The notes: generated by a model not told the origin, from the sequence alone. Counted from the stretch's first letter, positions 46,940-58,152 are shown. The stretch is 64,000 nucleotides of DNA from a virus (IMGVR_UViG_3300028888_000044:323539-387538), one strand, 5' to 3'. Program-made: numbers and translations.

Positions 46940-47198
46940 TGTATACTTGTTTTAAATCAACTAAAATTTTATGCCAAAAATCATATCCCTCATTTGAAGA
47001 AGCAAATGTAAATGCTCCTCCAAGAATATAATTTTTAGGCGTTGTAAAATTAGACAATCTACGCTCAACCCATTTCAACCAATATTTTGTTTTGTCTTGA
47101 TTATCTATCCTTCTATAGGAAAAAAAATTTTCAAAATAAGCATTATACGCTGAATGGTCTTTTAATACCCTTAAAAACAGCTTTATTGTTTCATTCAT
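46932..47198 (-). CDS. paralog family A protein
   Basis: FLRVLKDHSAYNAY ... SNEGYDFW. Confidence 0.55.
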   Translation of the reverse strand: MNETIKLFLRVLKDHSAYNAYFENFFSYRRIDNQDKTKYWLKWVERRLSNFTTPKNYILGGAFTFASSNEGYDFWHKILVDLKQVYNE

Positions 47199-47467
47199 AA
47201 TTTAAGTTTATCAAGTTCGCGTACAATATCCCACCAAAATTCTGAGCCTTCATCGGAAGATACAAAATTGAATGCACCACTGACAAGCATAGAAATTTTT
47301 CTACCAAATACTTCACCACTTAAGCACATATTAGCCCAATATTTCCAATATGTATATGGGTCAACATCATCTATTGAATGTCTTAAAAAGAAATTGTCGA
47401 AATATTTCTCATAAGCCCCTTTATTTTTCAATATTCTGAAAAAGAGCTGTATATTTTTTTCGTTCAT
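47195..47467 (-). CDS. paralog family A protein
   Basis: FFRILKNKGAYEKY ... SDEGSEFW. Confidence 0.55.
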   Translation of the reverse strand: MNEKNIQLFFRILKNKGAYEKYFDNFFLRHSIDDVDPYTYWKYWANMCLSGEVFGRKISMLVSGAFNFVSSDEGSEFWWDIVRELDKLKL

Positions 47468-47567
47468 ATTGCAAATATATTGAAAAAAAAAGTAATATAC
47501 AATGATAAACAGTTAAATTATGTTAAATGACAACAATTCGTATTTTTTACCAACTGTTGCCATAATT

Positions 47568-48317
47568 TTAGACTATCTTAAACGTTTCTGTATCAAGTAT
47601 ATGTACTGCTGCATTGTCAAGCATTTTGCAGTTACAGAATTCCATTATATCACCATATGCTATTTTGTAGTCTTTATCATAATAAGCTTGTATAGTGTGA
47701 CCGAATACTTGCTTGATGTTTCTGATTTTATTGCCTTCATCAGCCATGTCTTCTTGCGTTTCGTGTACGTCTGCCCAAATGCAAGAGCTGCAAGCATCAT
47801 ATCCACCTCTGTAGAACGATACCATATAAAACAATTCCATTCCATTTGGACTGTTTGGCAATTCATTTAATGTAGTGCTGATTAAGTTAATGTCTATTTC
47901 TTTATCGCCAAATACTTTGTTATACCAAGAACTATTGATTCCAGCGTGGGTAAACAATATATCATCAGCAACGAATGAAATATTGAATAAATTAAGATTC
48001 TCTGCAAACAATGAATGGATTTCATCATGATGTTCCTTAGAATGCCTACTATGATAATATGACAGATTATAATAGCTGTCATATACATATGGGAAGTCGT
48101 GATTCCCAAGCAGAAGCACTACTTTTCCCATATTCTCTTGCTTGAATTCGATAATCTGTTTGAAAATATCGATTGCAGTTAAAACATCTATATGCTCAAA
48201 GTCATATGGGTCTAAATAGTCACCAAGGAATATAACCTTGTCATATTGAGATATATCTTCACACGGTTTTTTCCAAAAATCTCTACCGTGTACATCTGGT
48301 ATTACTAAAATTTTCAT
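47568..48317 (-). CDS. calcineurin-like metallophosphoesterase (Ser/Thr phosphatase / 2',3'-phosphoesterase family)
   Basis: DVHG, GDYLD, GNHD and GH motifs in canonical order. Confidence 0.65.
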   Translation of the reverse strand: MKILVIPDVHGRDFWKKPCEDISQYDKVIFLGDYLDPYDFEHIDVLTAIDIFKQIIEFKQENMGKVVLLLGNHDFPYVYDSYYNLSYYHSRHSKEHHDEIHSLFAENLNLFNISFVADDILFTHAGINSSWYNKVFGDKEIDINLISTTLNELPNSPNGMELFYMVSFYRGGYDACSSCIWADVHETQEDMADEGNKIRNIKQVFGHTIQAYYDKDYKIAYGDIMEFCNCKMLDNAAVHILDTETFKIV

Positions 48318-48445
48318 ATCTTAAAAATTGTAAATATAGATATATTATATAAAAAAAATATTAGAATAAAAAAAAAATTACTCTAATATTATATTTTAAT
48401 TTAGTTCTAAAATACCTTATATTTATTATTATAAATATAAAATTT

Positions 48446-51400
48446 ATGGAGATAACTAATAGTATTGTCAAGAATTGTTTAACTGAATATGTACAAGATA
48501 GGTTTCAATTATTGACTGAAGACCAAAAAAGAACAATTCGCAACAAAATAACAAGGGTTGTTTCATCAAGAGTACCTCATAGTGTTGATGATACCCAAAT
48601 GATTGAGAAATTGGTTGATGATATATGGAATACATATGTTCTTCACCCACTTCACGATGGGGTTCATCATAGGCAAAATGATGAAATCACTATAATCAAT
48701 CAGAACATTGAAAGATTGATTCCATATGTTATAAAGCAAAAAAGTGATAATGAATCTGAAAATGTTACTTACTATATTACAACAAATCCAAGAATTCGCA
48801 ACAGTTGGGAGAACTTGATACAAGCACAAAGGCAGAATAGAAATGTAACTTTGTGGAGAGATGATGGTGGTGATTTGACTTATTGGGATGTAAACAAACG
48901 TTATAATGATGCGATAAATTCTGCTAAAAACACGAAAATTGAAGGCAAGTACCATTACTCTGTTTACAAGGTAGAAAACTACGATACACCAATTGAAGGG
49001 TTGGGAATGACAGTTAGAGAACTTGGACAGTATACTGGTGGAAAAGGCTCGCTAAGCTGTGTACCGTTGTGCTATACACAATCTCTAAATACGTATAACA
49101 ATTACACAAAAGGCAATGAATACAATATGTATGCTCTACTGCGTGACGGTTGGCAGAATGAACCATGCAAAATGACAGAAGGTTATCCATTGGATAGCTA
49201 TGGTCTTTCTATGATATTCGTCATAATAAGTCCTACTGGAAATATAGTAAACAACAATGTAAGATGGAATCACGGCCCAAATGGGTATCCAAGAAGTGTT
49301 GACAACATATTCACTTATAAGGAATTGACAGAAATTGTTGGTAGCGATGTAATGGAACAACTTAACACTACTATTGATGTTGACCAATCGTTACGTTTGA
49401 CATATGAGGTTGAAACTAAACTTAAAGAAGGTCAAGATATTAACGACATATTTACTTCTAAAGGTAAAGAATGCTGTGGTTATATACCAGTTTGTTATAT
49501 GCGTAAATGGAATATTATTGATTCTTCAAAGTCATTGTTATGTGACGAATGGTTCGATGGTATTGGCGCTTTTCATCCAAATGGTTTTTGTTATGTTTGT
49601 AAGAACCACTTATATAACTTTATTGATGTTAATGGAGAATTTGTTTGGGATAGACCGTTTGAAGAATGGTTTGATTCCATTGATTCGTGGTCATTTGATG
49701 ATAATGGTTTGTGTAAGGTTATGAATCACTATAAGTATAATTGGTTAAAGACTGATGGTACACTATTATTTAATAACCAACAACAAGAATGGCTAAATAA
49801 TGCTGGTGATTTTCATAATCAAATTGCTTATATAAAATTACATGGTAAATACAATTATATTAGAACTGATGGCTCATTTGTTTGGGATTATGATGACACA
49901 CAATATTGGTTTGATGATGTTGCTGATAAAGGTTTTAATAACTCCAATGTTGCTGTGGTAACAATTGACAGATTGGTTAATTTATTGAAAACAGATGGTA
50001 CACTAGTTTGGAATAAATCACCCGAATTATGGTTTAATGCCATTGTTAATAATAGTGTTAACGATGGGATATTCCAAGTAAAACGTAGCAATAAATATAA
50101 TTTCCTAAGAATGGATGGTACATTGGTTTGGCAGAAACCTTTTAATGAATGGTTTACATCAATTGGAGCATTCTATAATGGTTTGGCAAAAGTAACTACA
50201 TCATTTGGTGAAACATATAATTTTATTAAAATTGATGGAACATTGCTGTTTGACGAAACAGATGATACAAAACATTTTGATAAAACTGGTAATTTCGCTA
50301 GTGGACCAGCATTTGTTTGCATAAATAATAAATATAATTTCATTAGAGAAGACGGAACTTATATTTGGGATAAACCAATAGGACAATGGTTTGATAGTGT
50401 TAGCGAATATTTTAGAGAAGGTTTTGCTTGTGTGCGCAAGAAAGGAGTTGCAAATTTTATATCTACAGAAGGAAAGTTGTTATGGAAGAAACCATTAAAA
50501 GATTGGTTCAGTGGTGTAGACCCTTTTTATCAAGGGATAGCACAAGTACGAAAGAATGGCAAAAGTAATTACATACGAACAAACGGGAAATTAGTTTTGA
50601 ATAAACCATTTGATGAGTGGTTTTTATGGATGGGTGAGGTTATAAATAGCCCTAATATATTTATTGTAAGAGATGCAATGAGATATAACTATATTAAAGA
50701 TGGCGAATTGTTATATAACCAACCTCGTACAAAATGGTTTACTGATATAAGCAGAATACTTGATAAAATCAATGATAATATATCTGGCTTCCTTGTACAA
50801 AAGGGATATAAGTACAATTTCTTGAAACTTGATGGAACACTTCTCAATAGCAGTTTCGTAAGTAAAAGTGAATTAGAATCTATAATTCGAAGAATAAAAC
50901 ATCAATCGTCCAATATACAAGAATCCTTAAGGGAATATGTAACTAAAAATTTACAACTTCTTACTGAAGACCAGAAGAAGACAATTCGTAACAAGATTGC
51001 AAGAGGTATTGTTTCAATGACTAATCTTGATGTAAACAGTACTGAAGTACAATCGTTAGTAGATAATGTTTGGAATACATATGTTGTGCATCCAGTTGAA
51101 GGAGAGAAGCGACAGAATGACGAGATTACTGTTATTAATCAGAACATTGAAAGATTAGTTCCGTATGTCTTGAAGCAAAATGATTCTGAAAATTACTTTA
51201 TAAGCAACAATCCAAGGATTCGTAAAAGTTGGGAAAACTTGATACAAACCCAAAGGCAGAACAGACAAACCAAGCTATGGCAAGACAATGATAATTTGCT
51301 TTATTGGAATACCAATAAAAAGTATAATGATGCAATAAATGCCGCAACAAGTGAAGAAATTAAAGGCAAGTATCATTATAGTGTGTATAAGATAGAAGAT

Positions 51401-54400
51401 TACCATACGCCAATTGAAGGCTTGGGAATGACTGTTACAGAACTTGGCAAGTATACTGGTGGGCAAGGCGCAGTGCCTTTGTGTTATACACAAGGTGAAT
51501 CAACATATAACAGTTATACTGAAAACAATCAATTTAATATGTATGCTGTGTTGCGTGATGGATGGCAGAATGAACCTTGTGAGATTGAAGAAGATTATCC
51601 ATTGGATAGCTATGGTTTATCAATGATATTTGTCATTATTGATGAAAATGGAAAGATTGAATACAGTAATGTAAGATGGAATCACGGTCCAAGAAATTAC
51701 GCAAGAAGTGTTGACCACATATTCTCGTACAATGAATTGAGGGATATTGTTGGAAGTAATGTAATTAAGCAAGTTGGTGCACATGTAGAAATAGACACAT
51801 CGTTACAATTGACATATGAGGTAGAGAAAAAGTTAAAACAAGACTTATCTATTTACCAAATATTTGGTGATGTTGGCTTTTTTAAGGACGGTTTGGCAAA
51901 GGTTTACTATTCTGGTTTATTCAATTACATAGATTCATCTGGAGACTTACTAACTGATGAATGGTTTGATTCTTGTGCTCCATTTCAAAATGGGCTTGCT
52001 GCGGTACGAAAAGGACAAAAGGTAAATTATATAAAGACAGACGGTACTTATTTATACAACACAGATAATACTGATGATTGGCTTACTATGGCTTGTGATT
52101 TTGATGAAAATGGTTCTGCTATCGTTGGAAAGAATAATAAATACAATTTTATTCTAAAAGATGGCACATTCATTTGGAAAGGTGAATGGTTTGATTTGGT
52201 TGGTGATTTTATTAATGATATTGCTCTAGTTAAAAAAGATAACAAAGCTAATTTTTTAAGATTTGATGGTACATTAGTTTGGAATTATGAAAATACAAAT
52301 GATTGGTTTGATGATGCTACTAATTTTAGTGCGGATTATAATATCGCAGTGGTACGAAAAGGAGGTAAAGGTAATTATTTGAAGACTGATGGTACATTGG
52401 TTTGGAATTATCTTGACACAAAGAAATGGTTTGATACTGTTTGCCATTTTTATGATGGTTTAGCTCAAGTTAAAATCAACTATAAGTATGAAGAAAAATG
52501 GAACTACCTCAAACTAGATGGAACTTTTTTATGGAAGAAGCCATTAAAACAGTGGTTTGATAATGCTTATAGGTTTGATGAAGGTGTTGGTATAATAGAA
52601 TATAAAGGTAAAAACAATTGGTTAACAACCAAAGGTGAAATATTTTGCCCAGATATGTGGTTTGATTGGGTTGGAACATTTCACAAAGGGATTACTAAAG
52701 TAGAAATAAACGGTAAATTTAACTTTTTAAATAGTAATGCTAAGTTATTGTGGGGGTCTTACGATGACACAACAGATTGGTTTGATTACGTTGAGAGGAT
52801 TGAGCAAGGATATGCTAAAGTAAGAAATCAAGGACGTTGGAACATATTACGACCAGATGGTAAATTATTGTGGGATTATCCAAATCCTCAAGATTGGTTT
52901 AATAATATGGGTACACTTGATAAAGAAGAAATAATATATGTTTCAAAAGATGGTAAAAGTAATTATTTAAATCTTCAAGGTAAACTTCTAAGCCAAAATT
53001 GGTTTGATAGTTGTTTTGTATTTGAGAATGGCGTTGGTAAAGTTCAAAAAGACCAACGCATGAATCTAATCAGAAAAGATGGCACATTTGTATGGAACAG
53101 ACCATTGAAAGATTGGTTTATTTTCATTGGTGAAGTAGACTCATTTGGTAATTCAGAGGTATACACGCATTATCAAGGTGCAACAGTTGGTAACTTATTG
53201 AAAATAGAAGATGGTACGTTACTGTGGAAGAAAAGTCCAAAATTATGGTTTCGTTACATTGACGTTAATAAGATATTACCAAATGGTGTAAAAGGTTATA
53301 GAGTCTCCAAGACAACAAAGACTATGATGAAGTATAACTTCTTAAAGTTAGATGGTACTCTTCTTTTCAAAACATTTTTATCTAGTCACAGCTATAATTT
53401 GGCAATGCATACTTTAAGGGATAATGATAATCAAATAATACAAGAATCTTTACGAGAATATGTTAAAGATAAGTCGTTGTTGGCTGAAGCAGATTCACGA
53501 ATTAAGGGAACTAGAAACGCAATTAAAAGGGGTATTGCTGCAATAACCAAACTTGACATTAATGACCCTATTGTAGAAAACTTGACCAATGATGTTTGGA
53601 ATACTTATGTTGTTCATCCTATCGCAAATGAAAATCGTCAGCTTGACGAATATATTGCCATTAGGAATAATGCTGACAGACTTCTTATGTACGCGGTAAA
53701 ACAGAACCAAGATGGCACATATTACATAACAAAAAATCCACGTTTGAAAAATGGCTTTGAGAATCTTATTCAAGCACAAAGGAAAGACAATACAAAACCA
53801 ATACTTGATAATAATGCAAATTTGTTCCAATGGTATAACACACAGAAATACAATCAAGCATTGGAAAACTTACAAGCCAATAGTAAAAAAATACTGAAAG
53901 GTCAATATAGTTACAAAGCATATCCAATCACTGATTTTTATGATAACATTAAAGGCTTGGGAATGACTGTTAAAGACCTTGGGGAGTGGACTGGTAGTGA
54001 AGAAGCTGTCGAATTGTGCTATACTCAATTTGAAAATACGTATAACCAATATACACACGGCAACAAATACAATATGTATGCTTTATTGCGCCAAGGTTGG
54101 CAAGACGAGCCTTGTGAGAAAGGAGAAGGCTATCCTTATGACAGCTACGGTCTTTCTATGATATTCGTAATTATCGATGATAATGGTGATATAGCTACAA
54201 GTAATGTTAGATGGAATCACGGTGACAATTCTTATTCTAATGTAGATAATATGTTCAACTATGCTAAATTAGTACAAATTGTTGGTTCTAATATACTTAA
54301 TAAAATACATTGTACATATAATGATGACATAACTCGTAATATGTCACTTATAGTAAGACTTGAAAAAGCTTTAAGCAATATCGATGCAACTGATGTTGAT

Positions 54401-55591
54401 TCGTTTTTTGATGTTTTCAATAACATTTCATACCAATATGAAGATTTGGAAAATGTTGAGCTATTTACTCTTGGAAGTGATAGGCTAATAACAGTAGAAT
54501 ATGAAGAAACATATGCAAATATATATGATATAAAAGAGAAGCATTTTATTTCAGATGAGTGGTTTTCTAGTATTTCGAATTATGAATGCGGCTATAGTGC
54601 AGTACAATTCTTAAATGATGGAACATGGAATTTTATTGATGAAGAAGGTAATTTTTTAAATGACAAGCGTTATGACCACTGTTATGATTTTGACAACGGA
54701 TACGCTGTTATTAAAAATAATCAAGAAATGTATGAAGTAATAAATATAAAAGGTGAAACATTGTTTACTACAGATAAACTAGTCAGGATTATTGGAGAAG
54801 AACGTGTAGCTTATGAAGCATCTAATTATTCCTTATTATTGGATATGAGCGGTAAAAAAGTAGTTGACACATATTTTGATTATATTGGTTATTGTTACTG
54901 CGAAGGATATATTACAGTAAAAGTTGATAATAGAGTTAATTTTATAGATGCAAATGGAAAATATTTATCAGACGTTTGGTATGTTGATATTGAACAACCA
55001 TTTTCAAACGGATGCGCTGTTGTTAAGTGTGATAATTATCTTATAAATATGATTAATAAAAAAGGTCAAAAGCTACTTAAAGAAGATGCTATAAGATGGA
55101 AAACAATATATGATTCTAAATATGAGAATATATTGTACTATATATTTGATTTAAGACAGTCAGACGGTCATATTAAAGAATTTGTAAAAACAAACGGTCA
55201 AATTATATGTGATGCTCTAACTTTTAGTGAAGCAAATCACCTTAAGATGTTAAAAATTCAATTTTTAGATGAAAGTTGGAACTATTTAAAAGAAGATGGT
55301 ACAATGTTATTACCATATACTTGTTATGAAATTTCAGATTTCTATGAGCACTCTTATAATCAAGATATAAAATTTGCAATTATCAAAAAAGAGAAAAATA
55401 AAGAATGTGTTATTGATGTAAATGGAAATGAAATGACAGAAGAATATGTTGCAATGTATCCTTTAGCAAGAACTGAAAACTATGTTGCTTTAGGTGTAAA
55501 AGGTCCAGAAGATGGTTACAAAATTGATTGGCAGTTTAATGCAATAAAAATAAGTAAGGATGAGCTTGTTGATATGATTATGAATAATTAA
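48446..55591 (+). CDS. giant 2381-aa protein: three tandem ~800-aa modules, each an N-terminal conserved domain followed by WG-repeat arrays, plus a distinct C-terminal region
   Basis: Module starts near aa 1, ~815 and ~1640 all contain LREYV.K.LQLLTEDQK.TIRNKI... and the conserved block YHYSVYK..GLGMTV.ELG.YTGG..CYTQ..YNMYALLRDGWQNEPC..YPLDSYGLSMIFVII..NVRWNHG. Dozens of YNFI..DGT..W...WFD WG-type repeats follow each. Confidence 0.7.
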   Translation: MEITNSIVKNCLTEYVQDRFQLLTEDQKRTIRNKITRVVSSRVPHSVDDTQMIEKLVDDIWNTYVLHPLHDGVHHRQNDEITIINQNIERLIPYVIKQKSDNESENVTYYITTNPRIRNSWENLIQAQRQNRNVTLWRDDGGDLTYWDVNKRYNDAINSAKNTKIEGKYHYSVYKVENYDTPIEGLGMTVRELGQYTGGKGSLSCVPLCYTQSLNTYNNYTKGNEYNMYALLRDGWQNEPCKMTEGYPLDSYGLSMIFVIISPTGNIVNNNVRWNHGPNGYPRSVDNIFTYKELTEIVGSDVMEQLNTTIDVDQSLRLTYEVETKLKEGQDINDIFTSKGKECCGYIPVCYMRKWNIIDSSKSLLCDEWFDGIGAFHPNGFCYVCKNHLYNFIDVNGEFVWDRPFEEWFDSIDSWSFDDNGLCKVMNHYKYNWLKTDGTLLFNNQQQEWLNNAGDFHNQIAYIKLHGKYNYIRTDGSFVWDYDDTQYWFDDVADKGFNNSNVAVVTIDRLVNLLKTDGTLVWNKSPELWFNAIVNNSVNDGIFQVKRSNKYNFLRMDGTLVWQKPFNEWFTSIGAFYNGLAKVTTSFGETYNFIKIDGTLLFDETDDTKHFDKTGNFASGPAFVCINNKYNFIREDGTYIWDKPIGQWFDSVSEYFREGFACVRKKGVANFISTEGKLLWKKPLKDWFSGVDPFYQGIAQVRKNGKSNYIRTNGKLVLNKPFDEWFLWMGEVINSPNIFIVRDAMRYNYIKDGELLYNQPRTKWFTDISRILDKINDNISGFLVQKGYKYNFLKLDGTLLNSSFVSKSELESIIRRIKHQSSNIQESLREYVTKNLQLLTEDQKKTIRNKIARGIVSMTNLDVNSTEVQSLVDNVWNTYVVHPVEGEKRQNDEITVINQNIERLVPYVLKQNDSENYFISNNPRIRKSWENLIQTQRQNRQTKLWQDNDNLLYWNTNKKYNDAINAATSEEIKGKYHYSVYKIEDYHTPIEGLGMTVTELGKYTGGQGAVPLCYTQGESTYNSYTENNQFNMYAVLRDGWQNEPCEIEEDYPLDSYGLSMIFVIIDENGKIEYSNVRWNHGPRNYARSVDHIFSYNELRDIVGSNVIKQVGAHVEIDTSLQLTYEVEKKLKQDLSIYQIFGDVGFFKDGLAKVYYSGLFNYIDSSGDLLTDEWFDSCAPFQNGLAAVRKGQKVNYIKTDGTYLYNTDNTDDWLTMACDFDENGSAIVGKNNKYNFILKDGTFIWKGEWFDLVGDFINDIALVKKDNKANFLRFDGTLVWNYENTNDWFDDATNFSADYNIAVVRKGGKGNYLKTDGTLVWNYLDTKKWFDTVCHFYDGLAQVKINYKYEEKWNYLKLDGTFLWKKPLKQWFDNAYRFDEGVGIIEYKGKNNWLTTKGEIFCPDMWFDWVGTFHKGITKVEINGKFNFLNSNAKLLWGSYDDTTDWFDYVERIEQGYAKVRNQGRWNILRPDGKLLWDYPNPQDWFNNMGTLDKEEIIYVSKDGKSNYLNLQGKLLSQNWFDSCFVFENGVGKVQKDQRMNLIRKDGTFVWNRPLKDWFIFIGEVDSFGNSEVYTHYQGATVGNLLKIEDGTLLWKKSPKLWFRYIDVNKILPNGVKGYRVSKTTKTMMKYNFLKLDGTLLFKTFLSSHSYNLAMHTLRDNDNQIIQESLREYVKDKSLLAEADSRIKGTRNAIKRGIAAITKLDINDPIVENLTNDVWNTYVVHPIANENRQLDEYIAIRNNADRLLMYAVKQNQDGTYYITKNPRLKNGFENLIQAQRKDNTKPILDNNANLFQWYNTQKYNQALENLQANSKKILKGQYSYKAYPITDFYDNIKGLGMTVKDLGEWTGSEEAVELCYTQFENTYNQYTHGNKYNMYALLRQGWQDEPCEKGEGYPYDSYGLSMIFVIIDDNGDIATSNVRWNHGDNSYSNVDNMFNYAKLVQIVGSNILNKIHCTYNDDITRNMSLIVRLEKALSNIDATDVDSFFDVFNNISYQYEDLENVELFTLGSDRLITVEYEETYANIYDIKEKHFISDEWFSSISNYECGYSAVQFLNDGTWNFIDEEGNFLNDKRYDHCYDFDNGYAVIKNNQEMYEVINIKGETLFTTDKLVRIIGEERVAYEASNYSLLLDMSGKKVVDTYFDYIGYCYCEGYITVKVDNRVNFIDANGKYLSDVWYVDIEQPFSNGCAVVKCDNYLINMINKKGQKLLKEDAIRWKTIYDSKYENILYYIFDLRQSDGHIKEFVKTNGQIICDALTFSEANHLKMLKIQFLDESWNYLKEDGTMLLPYTCYEISDFYEHSYNQDIKFAIIKKEKNKECVIDVNGNEMTEEYVAMYPLARTENYVALGVKGPEDGYKIDWQFNAIKISKDELVDMIMNN

Positions 55592-55596
55592 AAAAT

Positions 55597-55640
55597 AAAT
55601 GATGCCGAATAAATTTGTATTCGGCATCATTTATTTTTTA
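55597..55640. terminator. bidirectional terminator
   Basis: gatgccgaataaatttgtattcggcatc hairpin flanked by A- and T-runs. Confidence 0.6.
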
Positions 55641-55893
55641 ATTGCATTCTGTTCATTACATAAACAGCCTCTTCTTCACAGTCGAATTCCAAGCTTTGCT
55701 CGAACCATAATGAGGTATACCCAAAAAAGTAGTTACAAGCGATAACATATCGAGTTTCGCCATTTCTTTGCTTTTTGATTATTTTATACCTTTTAGCAAA
55801 ACTTGCATATTCACCGTTTGTCTGTATAGCGTGATAGTGCAAATATAATGCAATAAAAGGTGATAAAAGAAGCATTCCTAAAATAAATCCCAT
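55627..55893 (-). CDS. small membrane protein
   Basis: N-terminal hydrophobic helix. Confidence 0.4.
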   Translation of the reverse strand: MGFILGMLLLSPFIALYLHYHAIQTNGEYASFAKRYKIIKKQRNGETRYVIACNYFFGYTSLWFEQSLEFDCEEEAVYVMNRMQLKNK

Positions 55894-55956
55894 AGTAGTA
55901 ATTTTTTTTACGATGCAAATATAGCAATATTAATTGATATTAGCAAATTTTTTTAG

Positions 55957-57477
55957 TTAAAAATCGTTAATAGTGCTTTCCATCATTTCTATATCCACCT
56001 CACCTTTATCTATACGCTTGCTTTCCAACAAGAAGAAAGCCTCTGTTTTAAGCTTAAATGCTTCTTTTAATTCATCGCCAACGATTCTCAATACAAAGCC
56101 TTCACGAGGTACTTTATTATGACAAAGAGGTTCATTCTTTTCCATGAAGAATCTTTTTTCCTTACCAAGAAGTTCAAGTACATTTTCATGCCAATGATTT
56201 TCGGTATCGACTTCTGGGTAAAAATCAGCCAACTTGCCACGGAAAAGCACGTCAAGTACGAAAAGTCTGTCAGCAATTTCTGGGCGTTCATTCATTAGAT
56301 TCTTAGTCCAATTTATTACTTCATCAACTTCCCATTCTTTTTTAGAGCCATCTTCGTTAGTTGTCGTTATTCTATATGGCATAAATTTATTATGACCAAC
56401 TTCACATCCATAATCGTAATTTCCAGTAGCAAACATTTTTTGCAAACCAGTTTCGTAGCCAAAAATTTCACCATAAACTGTCATACCTTCTTGTATAGCC
56501 CCTTTCAATATCTCGTTATATTCTGCCCATACGTCTGTTTTATAATAACATTCTGTGCTATTTTCGTTGATATATTGGTTTCTAATTTGGTGTCTAGATG
56601 AATATATGGTATCATATACATATTCTATCTTTTGTAATTTGATAGGCAATGAATGGCAAACCTTATTCACTATATTGGTTAGCCAACCAAATGGTGTACT
56701 ATATTGCTTTGGTCTTTTTGTTAGAACATTTGCAAATATTGCAGAAGTGCCATGTATTTTAGTAGTGATAATTACTTCAGTATCTGGTTTAATCAAATTA
56801 AAATTCTTCTTAAGTGGCTGTGTATCATAATGAAAGAAGAATTGGCCTGGAATCATTCGGTCATATCGTTTGATTTTCTTTTGGCTCCACGTATATTCTC
56901 GTACAATTCTTTTTTTCTGTGGTATATATGGAACATATGCTTTGATAAACAATTCACCATTGACTGTATCAAAGTCGTAACCTATATAATCCTTCAAATT
57001 GATATTAACTATTTCTGGACAAAACTTTGCCATTGTTTCAATACTAAACAAGAAACCGCTAGAATCAACACCTCTAAGTCTAATCATTTTTACTCTTCGG
57101 TGTTTGGTAAAAAAACCAGTGTTTTCTTTAATCAACGATTCCAATCTTGAAACTTCTTCCAAATCTTGATTTGTTTTTGCCAATTGAAGCTGTGTAAGGA
57201 TTTTACCTACTTGAACCGCATTTGCGTTCTTGTCGAATTCGCTTTGTTCAAACAGATTATTTACTGACAAGAATCGTTCATTTAGTTGTGTTTCGTTTTC
57301 AGCATAGAACATCAAATCACCTTGCTTTACCAAATCTCGTCTGACTACAATTGTTTGTCCGTTTACTTTTGTTGATGCAAGAAAATCAGAATTTGGTATA
57401 GGTTCAATCTCACCAACCTCAATGATTGACGCACAGTATTCGTGGTTTATATGTTCTGATTGTTCTAGTATTTTCAT
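55957..57477 (-). CDS. ATP-dependent RNA ligase, Rnl2-like
   Basis: Nucleotidyltransferase motif I TKIHGTS (KxHG, as in T4 Rnl2 KIHGTN) and downstream GEIFGY motif III-like. Confidence 0.55.
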   Translation of the reverse strand: MKILEQSEHINHEYCASIIEVGEIEPIPNSDFLASTKVNGQTIVVRRDLVKQGDLMFYAENETQLNERFLSVNNLFEQSEFDKNANAVQVGKILTQLQLAKTNQDLEEVSRLESLIKENTGFFTKHRRVKMIRLRGVDSSGFLFSIETMAKFCPEIVNINLKDYIGYDFDTVNGELFIKAYVPYIPQKKRIVREYTWSQKKIKRYDRMIPGQFFFHYDTQPLKKNFNLIKPDTEVIITTKIHGTSAIFANVLTKRPKQYSTPFGWLTNIVNKVCHSLPIKLQKIEYVYDTIYSSRHQIRNQYINENSTECYYKTDVWAEYNEILKGAIQEGMTVYGEIFGYETGLQKMFATGNYDYGCEVGHNKFMPYRITTTNEDGSKKEWEVDEVINWTKNLMNERPEIADRLFVLDVLFRGKLADFYPEVDTENHWHENVLELLGKEKRFFMEKNEPLCHNKVPREGFVLRIVGDELKEAFKLKTEAFFLLESKRIDKGEVDIEMMESTINDF

Positions 57478-57483
57478 AGTAAG

Positions 57484-58152
57484 CTATTCTAATTTTTGGC
57501 ATTCTTCTTCAGAGTACAAAGAATGCAGTTTATTAATCCACCAAGCAGTTTTGACTTTAACTGATGGTCGTTGTTGGCCTTTCATTAATGTTGAACGTTT
57601 GAAAACAACACCTTCCTTGATATTAAGTGGGTTGTCAATATCGGTTATTTTTTGTATTTGTGAAATTATGTCGTAATCTAAAGACCCAACATATACAAGT
57701 TGAGCCACTTCAATTCCACAATCAGAAAACAATTTCCAAAAAATATTGGGTTCTATATATCCTTTCTTTTTCAAGAAAACATCAATTAGAGCCAAATGCA
57801 TATCATCACCTTCGACATGTTTACCAGCAAAAGATTGCTCACCATACCATTCAAAAAAGAATGTTATTTCGTCAATGCCGTTAAACACACCTTTTTTCTT
57901 TGAATTTTCAGCAATAATATTTTCAAGTATTTCTCCGTATTTAGATGCTTTGAAAAATTTTACTGCATCTCCAAGCTGTTCGCTGTTTTCATCTACTGTA
58001 ACTGTTCTTGAGCCATAATTAGCCCATTGCTTCTTTTTACAATTATAGGCCGCACAAAAATTTTGTCCGTCCAACTTATTAAAACCCCAAACAGTTTCAC
58101 CTTTCAGTGTCCCATCGTCTTGTATTCTAGGTATACTGTTATAATGTTTCAT
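57484..58152 (-). CDS. ATP-dependent polynucleotide ligase (KxDG nucleotidyltransferase)
   Basis: Motif I KLDGQN, motif III FFFEWYG, motif IV EGVVFK and motif V KVKT in canonical order. Confidence 0.55.
   Translation of the reverse strand: MKHYNSIPRIQDDGTLKGETVWGFNKLDGQNFCAAYNCKKKQWANYGSRTVTVDENSEQLGDAVKFFKASKYGEILENIIAENSKKKGVFNGIDEITFFFEWYGEQSFAGKHVEGDDMHLALIDVFLKKKGYIEPNIFWKLFSDCGIEVAQLVYVGSLDYDIISQIQKITDIDNPLNIKEGVVFKRSTLMKGQQRPSVKVKTAWWINKLHSLYSEEECQKLE

Noticed and set aside
48468-54058. Numerous 60-130-aa minus-strand and off-frame ORFs inside the giant gene (e.g. 48566..48955, 49136..49387, 53495..53857)
   Set aside because: They lie entirely within an uninterrupted 7.1-kb ORF with clear internal protein repeats. 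They are low-complexity translations of AT-rich antisense sequence.
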